A DNA stretch of 64,000 nucleotides, from NCBI GenBank assembly GCA_030749435.1, contig JASMKH010000011.1, forward strand, positions 3,325 through 67,324, in the 5' to 3' direction. Positions 28,239 to 37,136 of this stretch are shown piece after piece. Each line of letters starts with the position of its first letter. Position 1 is the first letter of the stretch. The notes beneath the pieces are model-generated. The model made no database searches and was not told the origin of the DNA. It worked only from the letters and a program-made list of their open reading frames with translations. The position numbers and the translations under genes were made by a program. The stretch comes from Phycisphaerales bacterium. Lineage in GTDB: Bacteria > Planctomycetota > Phycisphaerae > Phycisphaerales > SM1A02.

Positions 28239-29396
28239 TCAGGAGATGCCCTTGAGTCGCATCTTGAGTTCCTCAGGTTTGGGCGTGGCATCCATGGCGA
28301 CGCGGTGGTGGATCCACTCCTCCTCGACCAGCCTGACGAGCGTCGAAGTGAAGTCGACCATGCCCTCTTCGTGGCTCTGCTTGATGATGTCGAGCAATTC
28401 GCCTTCCCGTCCCTCAAGAATGTACTTCTGGACCGAGGGCGTGCCCAGCAGGATCTCCAGGGCCGGAATCCGCGGCGTCGTGTCCGGATGCAGCGTCTTG
28501 AGCAACTTCTGGTAGATGATGGCTCGCATGTTGAATGCCAGCAACTTCCTGATCTGTGGTACCTCGCCCTCTTCAAAGAGGTCGTAAATCCGACCGAAGG
28601 TCTGCCAGGCGGAGGAAGCGTGAATGGTCCCGAAGACGACGTGACCGGTCTCCGCGGCACGGATCGCCGCCTCAAAGGTCTCCTTGTCACGCATTTCGCC
28701 GACGAGGACGACGTCCGGATCTTCACGCACCAGGGCCCGGAGGGCCTCGTTGAAACTCAGGCAGTCGATGCCGACTTCCCGCTGATTGATGGTCGCCTTG
28801 GCCTCGGTGAAGATGTACTCGATCGGATCTTCGATCGTCACGATGTGGCACCGGCGTCGTTCATTGACGTGCTGCAGCATGGCGGCAATCGACGTGCTCT
28901 TGCCGCTGCCGGTGACGCCTGCGAAGAGAATGAGCCCGTTGGCGGCCAGCGCCACCTCGCCCAGGAGTTCAGGTACGTGAAGGTCCTCGAAACGTTTGAT
29001 GTCCGAAGTGATGAGACGGCATGCGTACGAGACCTTGCCCCGGCTCATGAAGATGTTCACCCGGAAGCGATGTTCCTCGTCATAGTCGTAGGCGATGTCC
29101 ATCTGCCCGTGGGACGCGAAGATCTCATACTGGTACTCGTCGAGCACATCCTTGGCGACCTGATGGGTCTCGTCGTGGGTGACGTGCGCAGTGTCCAGTG
29201 GGCGAAGTTCGCCGCGAACGCGGATCCGCGGAGGTCCGTCGGCTTTGATGTGCAGATCGGATGCGGCGTAAGTGATACACGCCTTGAGAAACTTGCGGAA
29301 GAGCGTCTCGCCTGCGCCGGGTGTCGTGCCTTTGGCATGGTGGACGAGTCGGGCGTCCGGGAGCGGATTGGACACGATGATCACTCCTTCGAGCAT
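28239..29396 (-). CDS. pilT: Type IV pilus retraction ATPase PilT/PilU family
   Basis: ASDLHIKADGPPRIRV, Walker A GVTGSGKST, Walker B/Asp box DPDVVLVGEMRD, His box TGHVVFGTIHA. Confidence 0.88.
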   Translation of the reverse strand: MLEGVIIVSNPLPDARLVHHAKGTTPGAGETLFRKFLKACITYAASDLHIKADGPPRIRVRGELRPLDTAHVTHDETHQVAKDVLDEYQYEIFASHGQMDIAYDYDEEHRFRVNIFMSRGKVSYACRLITSDIKRFEDLHVPELLGEVALAANGLILFAGVTGSGKSTSIAAMLQHVNERRRCHIVTIEDPIEYIFTEAKATINQREVGIDCLSFNEALRALVREDPDVVLVGEMRDKETFEAAIRAAETGHVVFGTIHASSAWQTFGRIYDLFEEGEVPQIRKLLAFNMRAIIYQKLLKTLHPDTTPRIPALEILLGTPSVQKYILEGREGELLDIIKQSHEEGMVDFTSTLVRLVEEEWIHHRVAMDATPKPEELKMRLKGIS

Positions 29397-29474
29397 GCCC
29401 CCTCACAGCGGGGCTCTCGTTGGGCTTTGGAAGGGGCGATCGTACCATAGGACGCGCCTGGGGGCGAAGCGCGG

Positions 29475-29503
29475 TTGACACCCGCGGCCCGATGCCGCAT
29501 CAT
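29475..29503 (+). promoter_or_regulatory. Candidate sigma70-like promoter for guaB (TTGACA-17 nt-CATCAT)
   Basis: Perfect -35 hexamer at 29475-80. A 4/6 -10 match sits at 29498-503. The predicted TSS would coincide with ATG 29510. Promoter rules for this lineage are unknown. Confidence 0.25.
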
Positions 29504-29509
29504 CCGCAG

Positions 29510-30994
29510 ATGGAGCGTCTCTCGATCCCCGAAGGCATCACGTTCGACGATGTGCTGCTGGTTCCCCAGCGGAGCAACCTCACGCCGGATCAGGTCGATG
29601 TCTCGACACGCCTGACTCGTCGAATCTCCCTGCAACTCCCGCTCGTCTCCGCGCCCATGGACACCGTGACGGAGTCCCGGCTGGCGATCTCGTTGGCACA
29701 GGAGGGGGGCGTTGGCATCATCCACAAGAACCTCACGCCCGCGATGCAGGCAGCGGAAGTTGCCCGCGTCAAGCGAAGCCAGAACGGCATCATCACCGAC
29801 CCGGTCACGCTGAGCCCGGATGATTCTGTGCAACGGGCGATCGACTTGATGGAGTCACACCACGTCTCCGGGTTCCCGGTGACGCTCGACGGCACCGGAG
29901 GGGCCCGCGTTGCCGGAATCCTGACCCGGCGAGACATCAACTTCGTCGAGTCACCGCTCGATCGTGTCGGTGACGTCATGACGCCCCGGGAACGATTGGT
30001 GACCGCCGCCGCCGACATCAATCTGGCCGACGCAGAGTCACTCATGAGCCGTGGCAGAATCGAAAAACTGATTCTCGTCGATTCGGACGACGCCCTCGCA
30101 GGGCTCATCACGATGCGGGACATTGAGAATGTCCGCCGGCATCCGAACGCGTGCCGCGATGACCGTGGTCGGCTTCGAGCCGGCGCAGCCGTGGGCGTGC
30201 ACCAGATGGATCGGGTGGCAGCCCTCATTGCCGCCGATGTCGATGTGCTCGTCGTGGATACGGCCCATGGTCACTCTGAAAACGTGCTGCAGTCCGTCCG
30301 CGACATCAAGGCTGCCTACGACATCGACGTCATCGCTGGCAACATCGCCACGGGTGAGGCCGCCGAGGACCTCATCGAGGCTGGCGCCGATGCGGTCAAG
30401 GTCGGCATTGGCCCGGGAAGCATCTGCACCACGCGCATCGTTAGTGGGGTCGGCGTGCCGCAACTCACCGCGATTGCCAATGCCTGCGTGGCGTGCCAGG
30501 CCTCCGGCGTGCCGGTCATTGCCGACGGAGGTATTCGACAGAGCGGCGATGTCCCCAAGGCGATTGGCTTCGGGGCCTCTGCCGTTATGTTGGGATCACT
30601 GTTTGCGGGCATGGAAGAGAGTCCGGGCGAATTGGTGCTGCACGGCGGCCGACGCTACAAGACCTACCGCGGCATGGGCAGCATCGGCGCCATGGGTCGT
30701 GGCTCGGCCGATCGGTACGGGCAGGCCGGGGTCACCGAATCCACCAAACTGGTGCCCGAAGGGGTCGAAGGTCGGGTGCCGTATCGGGGCTCGCTGAGCG
30801 ACTTTGTCCATCAGATGATCGGGGGGTTGCGGGCCGCCATGGGCTACTGCGGATGTGAGACCGTCGAGGCGCTTCGCCAACGAGCGAGTTTCGTGCGGGT
30901 GAGCGGCGCTTCGCTGGTCGAGTCGCACGCGCACGACATCCAGATCACCAAGGAGTCGCCCAATTACACGACGTCCCCAAGGGGAAGCGAGTAG
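29510..30994 (+). CDS. guaB: IMP dehydrogenase
   Basis: [25 protein letters not shown] pair, [11 protein letters not shown] catalytic loop, [11 protein letters not shown] 29492 is the alternative start. Confidence 0.95.
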   Translation: MERLSIPEGITFDDVLLVPQRSNLTPDQVDVSTRLTRRISLQLPLVSAPMDTVTESRLAISLAQEGGVGIIHKNLTPAMQAAEVARVKRSQNGIITDPVTLSPDDSVQRAIDLMESHHVSGFPVTLDGTGGARVAGILTRRDINFVESPLDRVGDVMTPRERLVTAAADINLADAESLMSRGRIEKLILVDSDDALAGLITMRDIENVRRHPNACRDDRGRLRAGAAVGVHQMDRVAALIAADVDVLVVDTAHGHSENVLQSVRDIKAAYDIDVIAGNIATGEAAEDLIEAGADAVKVGIGPGSICTTRIVSGVGVPQLTAIANACVACQASGVPVIADGGIRQSGDVPKAIGFGASAVMLGSLFAGMEESPGELVLHGGRRYKTYRGMGSIGAMGRGSADRYGQAGVTESTKLVPEGVEGRVPYRGSLSDFVHQMIGGLRAAMGYCGCETVEALRQRASFVRVSGASLVESHAHDIQITKESPNYTTSPRGSE

Positions 30995-31049
30995 GCTGAC
31001 CTGACCCCGCGTCCGAGTTGGACGCCCGCCAAGTGGGTCGGGGAGTCTC

Positions 31050-32180
31050 ATGCCAACAGCCAACGCAACTCAGAACGCCGAGCCCCCGATGCCCACGCGG
31101 CGACGGGATCGGATTCTCATGTTGGGACGCCGCAAGGCCGGCAAGACGGTCTTCCTGGCGCGGCTCTATGAACAGGCATGGCGGGGCGGTGATGGACTGC
31201 ACATGCGGGCCGCCGAAGGCGCGATGCACGAACTGTGCATGGAAATCGTGGAGCAACTGCACCACGGCCAGTGGCCCGCCGCCACCGCGGGTTCGCTCTG
31301 CAGCGAGGTCGAGGTCACGTGGCTCGGCATGCAGGCCACCATGCTCATGCTCGACTACCCGGGCGAAGTGTTTCGCCAGGCATTCGTCGAAGGTGGGGGC
31401 GGCGCGCAGGCCGACGAGTTGATTGACCATCTCGACCATGCCGCTGCTGTGATCCTGCTCATTGACCCGGGCAATGTGCACGCGGGCTCCGCCCGCGAAG
31501 TGGTGGACGATGACTATGGAATGGTGCAGGCGGTGGACTACCTCCGCCGCAGCCCGGGCGGCACTCAAGTCCCCCTCGCCGTCGCGCTCACCAAGTGCGA
31601 CGAGCACGTGGGACTGGTTCGATCTGCCGGCGGGGCGCGGGGTTTCATCGAGTCGAAGATTCCGAACCTGACGCAGTACGGCGGCCGGATGCGCATTTTT
31701 GCGACGGCCGCGGTGCGGACCCGCGGCGATGCGCTCGGTCGTCCGGTCCCCAATACCCAGCACGAGCCAGCGGGCCTCTCCGACGCGTTGAAGTATTGCA
31801 TGAAGCACGTCGGCGCCGCCATGGCCCAAGCAGCGAGAAACAATCGGGAGGCGGCCCGCCGCGACGAGCTCAACAGGGCTGCCGCCCGTGACCGCCGCTT
31901 CGCCCAGCAGTCGTTTCGCAGGTGGGTCGGTTTTTGGGTGGCGATGGGGATCTTCGGTGTCGTCGTCATCGTCGTGGCATTGTTCGTTGCGTTCCGGGAG
32001 CCGCAGCCCACCGAGTCGATTGCACCTCCGGTCATGGCGCCGCCGGCTGAGGTGGTGCCAGTTCCAGAGCCTGAGCCAGTTCCAGAGCCAGAGCCAGTGC
32101 CCGAGCCCGAAGCCACCGAGGATCCGGGACCGCGTATCGGCAAACTCAAGCCTTCCACTGCTGGCGGAAGCGAACCGTGA
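31050..32180 (+). CDS. Membrane-anchored Ras-like small GTPase (locus gene A)
   Basis: G1 GRRKAGKT (31125-31148), G3 DYPGE, G4 TKCD. C-terminal TM WVGFWVAMGIFGVVVIVVALFVAF, then a (PVPEPE)3 tail. GGGAG sits 5 nt upstream of the ATG. Confidence 0.85.
   Translation: MPTANATQNAEPPMPTRRRDRILMLGRRKAGKTVFLARLYEQAWRGGDGLHMRAAEGAMHELCMEIVEQLHHGQWPAATAGSLCSEVEVTWLGMQATMLMLDYPGEVFRQAFVEGGGGAQADELIDHLDHAAAVILLIDPGNVHAGSAREVVDDDYGMVQAVDYLRRSPGGTQVPLAVALTKCDEHVGLVRSAGGARGFIESKIPNLTQYGGRMRIFATAAVRTRGDALGRPVPNTQHEPAGLSDALKYCMKHVGAAMAQAARNNREAARRDELNRAAARDRRFAQQSFRRWVGFWVAMGIFGVVVIVVALFVAFREPQPTESIAPPVMAPPAEVVPVPEPEPVPEPEPVPEPEATEDPGPRIGKLKPSTAGGSEP
32058..32111 (+). repeat. 3 x 18-nt in-frame tandem repeat encoding (PVPEPE)3 in the GTPase tail
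   Basis: ccagttccagagcctgag / ccagttccagagccagag / ccagtgcccgagcccgaa. Confidence 0.8.
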
Positions 32181-33871
32181 TCTTCGAGACGCACCTCATG
32201 GGTTCCGATGGGGGCTATGGGGAGCGGGCGTGGTCGGCCGGACTGAGTGAGCGAGAACGCCAGGCCCTTCGGGACGTCGATCTTGGACATCCCAACGTGC
32301 GCACACTTGAACTCGGATCGGTCATGCTGTTCGGTCGGCCCCTCCCGGCCGGGCGAATCGCAGTGACGGCATGCGTTGCCGGGCCGAACGATGAAGCCGG
32401 ACGGCGGACTGTCGAGTTCCGGTCCATCGTCATGGCACGAGCGGACTGGACCTGCCGCGCTCGGCACGACCCCCCGCAACTGCTCGACGCTGCGCTCTGG
32501 GAAGATCCGTCCTTCGAGCAGGGCCGGACGCTCAATGTCTCGCCGGGGACGGTTGATGAGGCCGATCCCTGCAGCGACGCCCGCCTGCTGGCAGCCGCGG
32601 TGCGGCTGGGCGTGGGGCCGATTCATCTGGTCCACGGCCCGCAGACCCACGCGGCCATGCTGGGCATGCTGAGCGCACTGTCCGATCATGAGGCCGGCAA
32701 TCTGCGATGGGGCCTTCGGCTCAATCGCCCGTCCGCCGATCTTGACGTGGCAACGCTCGACCCGGCAGCACCCACCGGCGGTGTCAGCCGCACAACGCTC
32801 AAGGCGCTCCGACACATCGTGGACGAAGCACGGGAGGAGGCTGCCCTCCATGCCTCCGGTGCGGACGCTGCAGCCAGTGGCAGCGACCTTCCCCGCGGCG
32901 GCCGCGGGTTGCGCGTGGCGAGCGGGGTGCTGATCGCACTGGCAGTGGTGCTGACCGGTTGGTTGATTTCGGCGCGTTGGCAGGATGCCCCGGTTCCGCC
33001 GCCAACCGACCCGCCCGCCCCGCACCTTCCGACCACCGTGCCGAGCCCGCCAGTCACCTCGAGGACCTCGCCGAAACCTCACCCCCCGCGGCCGCCCGCA
33101 GATCCGCAGCCACCACCGGACCCGGTTCCAGCAGCGCCGCCCAACTCGTCCACACCCTCCGAGCAGGAGGCCCCCCCAACGCCGGATCCCGCTGTTCCGA
33201 CGCCTGCGCCGCCCGAGATCCCGAGCGATCCGCGAGTCGTGGCCGATGCAATCGGGGCCTTCAACCGCGATGCATTCGATTGGTGCGAGCACGCCGCCAT
33301 GGGCACCCTGACCCGGTCGGTGCGTCGGCATTGCATCGATGCCGCCATCACCGAGTTCTACGACTCCACATCCGGGTGGACTGCCCAACTCGGCGATTCG
33401 TACCAGATGCCGGACGAACTCTCACTCTGCACCCTTCTCGAACGAGCACAACGCGCCGATGCACTCTTTGAGTGGATGGGCGGGGGGACTACGCCCCCAT
33501 GGGCCGACCTTGATGAGACGATGGAATGGCTCCGCGACATCCCCGAACGCCCGCAGTCGGTGTGGCTCGGGCAGGTGAACGATCGCATCACGGCCCTCCA
33601 GGACTGCCAGCGCAAACTGGCGACCTTCACCAAGTTCCTCGCCGCGGTGCAGACCCCGTGGCGTCACGCGCCGCAGGCACCGTGCTCGCTCGAGACGGCC
33701 GCCAGAGAACTCGCCTCCTACCAGGCCCCATGTGCGCCGGAAGCCGTCGCGCTGATCGCTGATCCGCCGGGCACCAGATGGCCCCTGCGAGACCTGCCAC
33801 TCAACTCGGTGGCGAAATCCTGGACATTTCTGCAACAACAACGCGATGCTGTGACGAACCCCAGAGAGTGA
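32177..33871 (+). CDS. Bitopic protein: cytoplasmic N-domain (paralogous to gene H), TM, Pro-rich spacer, Cys-containing C-domain (locus gene B)
   Basis: GTG 32177 overlaps the gene A TGA (GTGA). TM is VASGVLIALAVVLTGWLISA. About 90 aa of P-rich linker follows. The C-terminal ~200 aa contains 6 Cys. Confidence 0.8.
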   Translation: MIFETHLMGSDGGYGERAWSAGLSERERQALRDVDLGHPNVRTLELGSVMLFGRPLPAGRIAVTACVAGPNDEAGRRTVEFRSIVMARADWTCRARHDPPQLLDAALWEDPSFEQGRTLNVSPGTVDEADPCSDARLLAAAVRLGVGPIHLVHGPQTHAAMLGMLSALSDHEAGNLRWGLRLNRPSADLDVATLDPAAPTGGVSRTTLKALRHIVDEAREEAALHASGADAAASGSDLPRGGRGLRVASGVLIALAVVLTGWLISARWQDAPVPPPTDPPAPHLPTTVPSPPVTSRTSPKPHPPRPPADPQPPPDPVPAAPPNSSTPSEQEAPPTPDPAVPTPAPPEIPSDPRVVADAIGAFNRDAFDWCEHAAMGTLTRSVRRHCIDAAITEFYDSTSGWTAQLGDSYQMPDELSLCTLLERAQRADALFEWMGGGTTPPWADLDETMEWLRDIPERPQSVWLGQVNDRITALQDCQRKLATFTKFLAAVQTPWRHAPQAPCSLETAARELASYQAPCAPEAVALIADPPGTRWPLRDLPLNSVAKSWTFLQQQRDAVTNPRE

Positions 33872-33873
33872 CC

Positions 33874-36207
33874 ATGTCGATCGGTCTGCGACATCTCGAC
33901 CGCGCAGTGCTCAGTTGCGGCCTGCTCACGCTCGCCCTCGGGTGCCAGTCCCCGCAGCAGGCCACCGAAGCCGCTGCCGACGAGACGCCGGTTCGAGACC
34001 CGAGGCCCGACGGGCGCGACGAAACGCGATGGGCGCAGCGGCAACGACCGGCCCCGAGCGCCACCTTGCCGAACAGCCAACTGTGGGCGGATGCATCATC
34101 CCCTACGCCGACCGGACGACCCTCGCCACCGCAGCGAACTGACGCCTCGGCAGCGGCACCCCCCCCGGATTCCCCCCCGGATTCCCCCCCGGATTCCCCC
34201 CCGGATTCCCCCCCGGAGTCCCCCTCGGAATCTCCCTCGGAATCTCCCTCGGAATCTCCCCCGGAATCCCCCCCGCAATCAACACCCCCCCCGGAGTCCC
34301 CCCAGCAGTCAACACCCCCCCGGGACGCCGCCCCGCCAGTCGATCCCCAGCAGCAGTCCCAATCACCACCGACCCGCACGCAGCCATCTGCGGCGACATC
34401 CGAAGACCTCCCGTCACCGGAGCGCCAGCCCCCCGCAACGTGTGATGGCGGTAGTGAGTCGGGAAGCGGTGGCGTTCCATCGGCCGGGGCGAATGACGCG
34501 CAGCCATCCACGTCTGCGCCGCAAGGCGCGACCTCGCAGGCAGGGGGTGACCCCAGCGATGAACCTGCCGCGGATCCCGGACGATCGCGGCAACTCGAAT
34601 CGCTCGAGGTGGCGGAGGGGGAGACCATCTCGCAGCGCCGCCCGGGTGGCCTCGACTCAAACGCCAGCCCCACCCCGCCAGAGGGGTCCGAGGCCGGTCC
34701 GGCACGTGAGGAGGGCGCCCAAGGCGATTTGGATGGCCACACGATGGAGCCGCAGGGCCTGCTTGAGGCGGCAAGGGCCGAGGGCCCCGACCAGTCACGC
34801 CCTGAGTGGGCCGTGTCGCCCGAAGCGACAACTCCGCCCGAGCCCGGGGCAGGGGGTGGCCCCTCGGGTGATCAGACCGGCAGCAGCGACGGGGACGCGG
34901 GCGGTTCGGACGGGTCGGGGGGGGCCGCGATGGAGGACGCTTCCGGTCGATCCGCCAGGGCCAGCCAGTCGGATGCACTCGAGCACACCGCCGGGACAAG
35001 TACCGCCGAGGGCGAGATCGAGGGCACACAGCCGCCGGAGCCGGCAGACGCCCAGGTGGAGGCTTCTGCCGCAGAGACCGCGCAGGCCGCCGGTGAGCGG
35101 CCCATCGACGTGGCCGCAGCCGCTGCTGCAGCGGCCGCCGCAGTGGAGAACGCGAGGAACTTCCACGCCGCCTTCAGCGCCGACCCGGGAGTCACCGACA
35201 CCGGTGACGATCTCGTTTCCAGAGGTGAGCACTTTGAGCCGTGGCACCGCGAGGTCCGCGGCGTCTGGGAACTCGTCTCGGTCACCGATGCCGATGAGGA
35301 CTTCATTCCCGGCGGCGCCACGCGTCGCTTGATCGGGATCGATCCCGTGCAGCGCGAACTCAACGCCTACATGGCCACCGGTGGGCGGTCCCGGGAGTGG
35401 CAGTCACTTGCATTCGAGGCGGCGTTTCGCAAAGCGCAGGTGGAGATCAGACCACTCGCCGATCGCCCCTCCGCGCTGGGTGAGCACAGCGGACTCCATC
35501 CCGCTGCAGTCGAGGTGCCCTGCGAGACCGCTTGGGCGAGGGAGGGAAGGTTTCTGCATCTCGCAGGTGGGGTCTACGCTCCGGGAGATCCCGAAGAAGT
35601 CGTCCAGATCATGGAGGCGCCGGATGTCACCCCGACTCCGACCACGCCCCTGGCCGGGCCTCTGGACCATGGGGCCGGTGGCGCATCGGCCGCATCTCCG
35701 ACGGTCGACTTCTTCGGTGTGCAGTCGCATGGTCGTTTCGTCGCCTACATCCTCGATGTGTCGCGATCCATGCGGGGTCGCATGGCTCGCCTGCAGGGGG
35801 AACTCGAAGCATCGCTCACATCGCTTCCGAGAAACGCGAGATTCGTGGTGCTTCCGTTCAACAGCACACTGCTCAAACTGCAGCCGCAATGGACCTTGGC
35901 CAGTCAGGGAAATACACGACGGGTTGGACGGGCGCTTGCCGACGTCGCGGCTGGAGGGGGGACCGATCCTGCCGAGGCCTTCGAGTGGGCGTTTCGAACC
36001 CTCGACCCCCGACCGGATGAGATCTACTTCATGACCGACGGCGCCGTCGAAGAGAGTCGCCAGTTGCTCAAGCGGCTTCGCACCTTGAATGCAGGAAGTG
36101 GGAAGACCCGAATCCACGCCATCGGACTGGGGCTCAATGCTGAAATCGGTTTCCTGAAGGCGGTGGCGGGGGACCATGGCGGTCGGTTCGTGCACGTCAC
36201 GCAGTGA
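33874..36207 (+). CDS. Lipoprotein with >400-aa acidic disordered linker and C-terminal von Willebrand factor A domain (locus gene C)
   Basis: ATG 33874 lies 2 nt after the gene B stop. Lipobox is LTLALGC. PPDS/PSES repeats are present. The vWA domain has an intact MIDAS: DVSRS (D at 35755), GGTD and MTDG. Confidence 0.85.
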   Translation: MSIGLRHLDRAVLSCGLLTLALGCQSPQQATEAAADETPVRDPRPDGRDETRWAQRQRPAPSATLPNSQLWADASSPTPTGRPSPPQRTDASAAAPPPDSPPDSPPDSPPDSPPESPSESPSESPSESPPESPPQSTPPPESPQQSTPPRDAAPPVDPQQQSQSPPTRTQPSAATSEDLPSPERQPPATCDGGSESGSGGVPSAGANDAQPSTSAPQGATSQAGGDPSDEPAADPGRSRQLESLEVAEGETISQRRPGGLDSNASPTPPEGSEAGPAREEGAQGDLDGHTMEPQGLLEAARAEGPDQSRPEWAVSPEATTPPEPGAGGGPSGDQTGSSDGDAGGSDGSGGAAMEDASGRSARASQSDALEHTAGTSTAEGEIEGTQPPEPADAQVEASAAETAQAAGERPIDVAAAAAAAAAAVENARNFHAAFSADPGVTDTGDDLVSRGEHFEPWHREVRGVWELVSVTDADEDFIPGGATRRLIGIDPVQRELNAYMATGGRSREWQSLAFEAAFRKAQVEIRPLADRPSALGEHSGLHPAAVEVPCETAWAREGRFLHLAGGVYAPGDPEEVVQIMEAPDVTPTPTTPLAGPLDHGAGGASAASPTVDFFGVQSHGRFVAYILDVSRSMRGRMARLQGELEASLTSLPRNARFVVLPFNSTLLKLQPQWTLASQGNTRRVGRALADVAAGGGTDPAEAFEWAFRTLDPRPDEIYFMTDGAVEESRQLLKRLRTLNAGSGKTRIHAIGLGLNAEIGFLKAVAGDHGGRFVHVTQ
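34159..34325 (+). repeat. 12-nt periodic tandem repeats with iterated C7-C8 tracts inside the vWA lipoprotein gene
   Basis: (ccccccggattc)x4, ccccccggagtc, (ccctcggaatct)x3, and related units. Two ~24-nt ...gcaRtcaacaccccccc units follow. Encodes PPDSx4, PPES, PSESx3... Confidence 0.9.
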
Positions 36208-36215
36208 TCGGTCCG

Positions 36216-37136
36216 CTACTGCGCAATGGAGGTGCCATGACGTATCGCGTCGTTGTACCTGAGCGTGGGTGAGGCGAGGATCGGTTCGACGTTGTGCTCG
36301 AACCCGCGCTCAACGACGAGTCGCCTCGCGGCGTGAAACTTCTCGAACGAGTCCGGCGTCACCCGGAACGAAATGAACTGCGATCGCGGTTCCAACTGAT
36401 CGAGCAGCGTTCCGATTGCCCGCAAGTCGTTGTCGGTCTCCATCGGCAGGCCGCCGTCCGGCCGAAGCTGGAGGCTGCGATCGATCCGCCGACCTCCCGT
36501 CCGAAACTCGCACGTTCCGTGGTCCTCGAAGGTGGAGGCGTCCGGATCGACCGCCTGCACATTCCAGGTGGACCAGAACCGGCACCGATCACCGATGGGA
36601 TTCGGCGTCAGTTTCCAGTCGGACCAGTCATTGACCAGATACAGGCGGTCATTTGTGAGATACACCTGAACCGGAATGCGATGCTCGATGGCGTGCCTGC
36701 GCGGCGTCCGCAGCGGAATCGTCTGCTTGTCCTTCGCGTCCTGCACCTGCCGCGTGAGGCTGCGGATGCGGGCTTGGCGGGCTTCCAGTTCACCCTCGGA
36801 ATCTGAGGCGCGGAGGTTGTCGCGGAAGCGGTCGATCAATCCGCCGAGTTCCAGCTTGATGCTCAGCATGCGTTCCATTTCACCACGCGTTCGCTCGCGG
36901 GCGGTGCGAAGCGTCATGTCGGCATCCTGCTCGATCGACTCGATGGCCAACCGCAGTCTGGCCGCCTCGAGCGATCGTTCGGGCGTCCGGGCTTCCATCG
37001 CGTCGATCGTTCGTTCGCCTCGCGCCGCGGCCAACACCGCCGCCAGCACGGCGATGAAGATCACCATGCCGAACATATTGCAGATCGTGTCGAGCAGAAG
37101 GTCAAGGCTCGACTCGTGCTCACTGGAGCGTCTCAT
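36216..37136 (-). CDS. ExbD/TolR-topology protein: N-terminal TM with conserved Asp, coiled coil, C-terminal domain (locus gene D)
   Basis: ATG 37136 overlaps the gene E TGA (ATGA). MRRSSEHESSLDLLLDTICNMFGMVIFIAVLAAVLAA has Asp16 at 37089-91. A heptad-like helical segment follows, then a Trp-rich C-domain. Confidence 0.8.
   Translation of the reverse strand: MRRSSEHESSLDLLLDTICNMFGMVIFIAVLAAVLAAARGERTIDAMEARTPERSLEAARLRLAIESIEQDADMTLRTARERTRGEMERMLSIKLELGGLIDRFRDNLRASDSEGELEARQARIRSLTRQVQDAKDKQTIPLRTPRRHAIEHRIPVQVYLTNDRLYLVNDWSDWKLTPNPIGDRCRFWSTWNVQAVDPDASTFEDHGTCEFRTGGRRIDRSLQLRPDGGLPMETDNDLRAIGTLLDQLEPRSQFISFRVTPDSFEKFHAARRLVVERGFEHNVEPILASPTLRYNDAIRHGTSIAQ

Noticed and set aside
31565-33388. 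607-aa minus-strand ORF antisense to genes A and B. Similar long antisense or alternate-frame ORFs occur at 33801..34742 (-), 34091..35332 (+), 34103..35029 (-), 20558..21730 (-), 56980..58161 (-), 60053..61144 (-) and 62751..63692 (-).
   Set aside because: These have R/G/P/S/A-rich low-complexity translations, typical of stop-poor off-frames in high-GC DNA. The opposite or other frame carries recognisable motifs (GTPase G1-G4, vWA MIDAS, ABC signatures, Rossmann folds) and sensible start/stop junctions.
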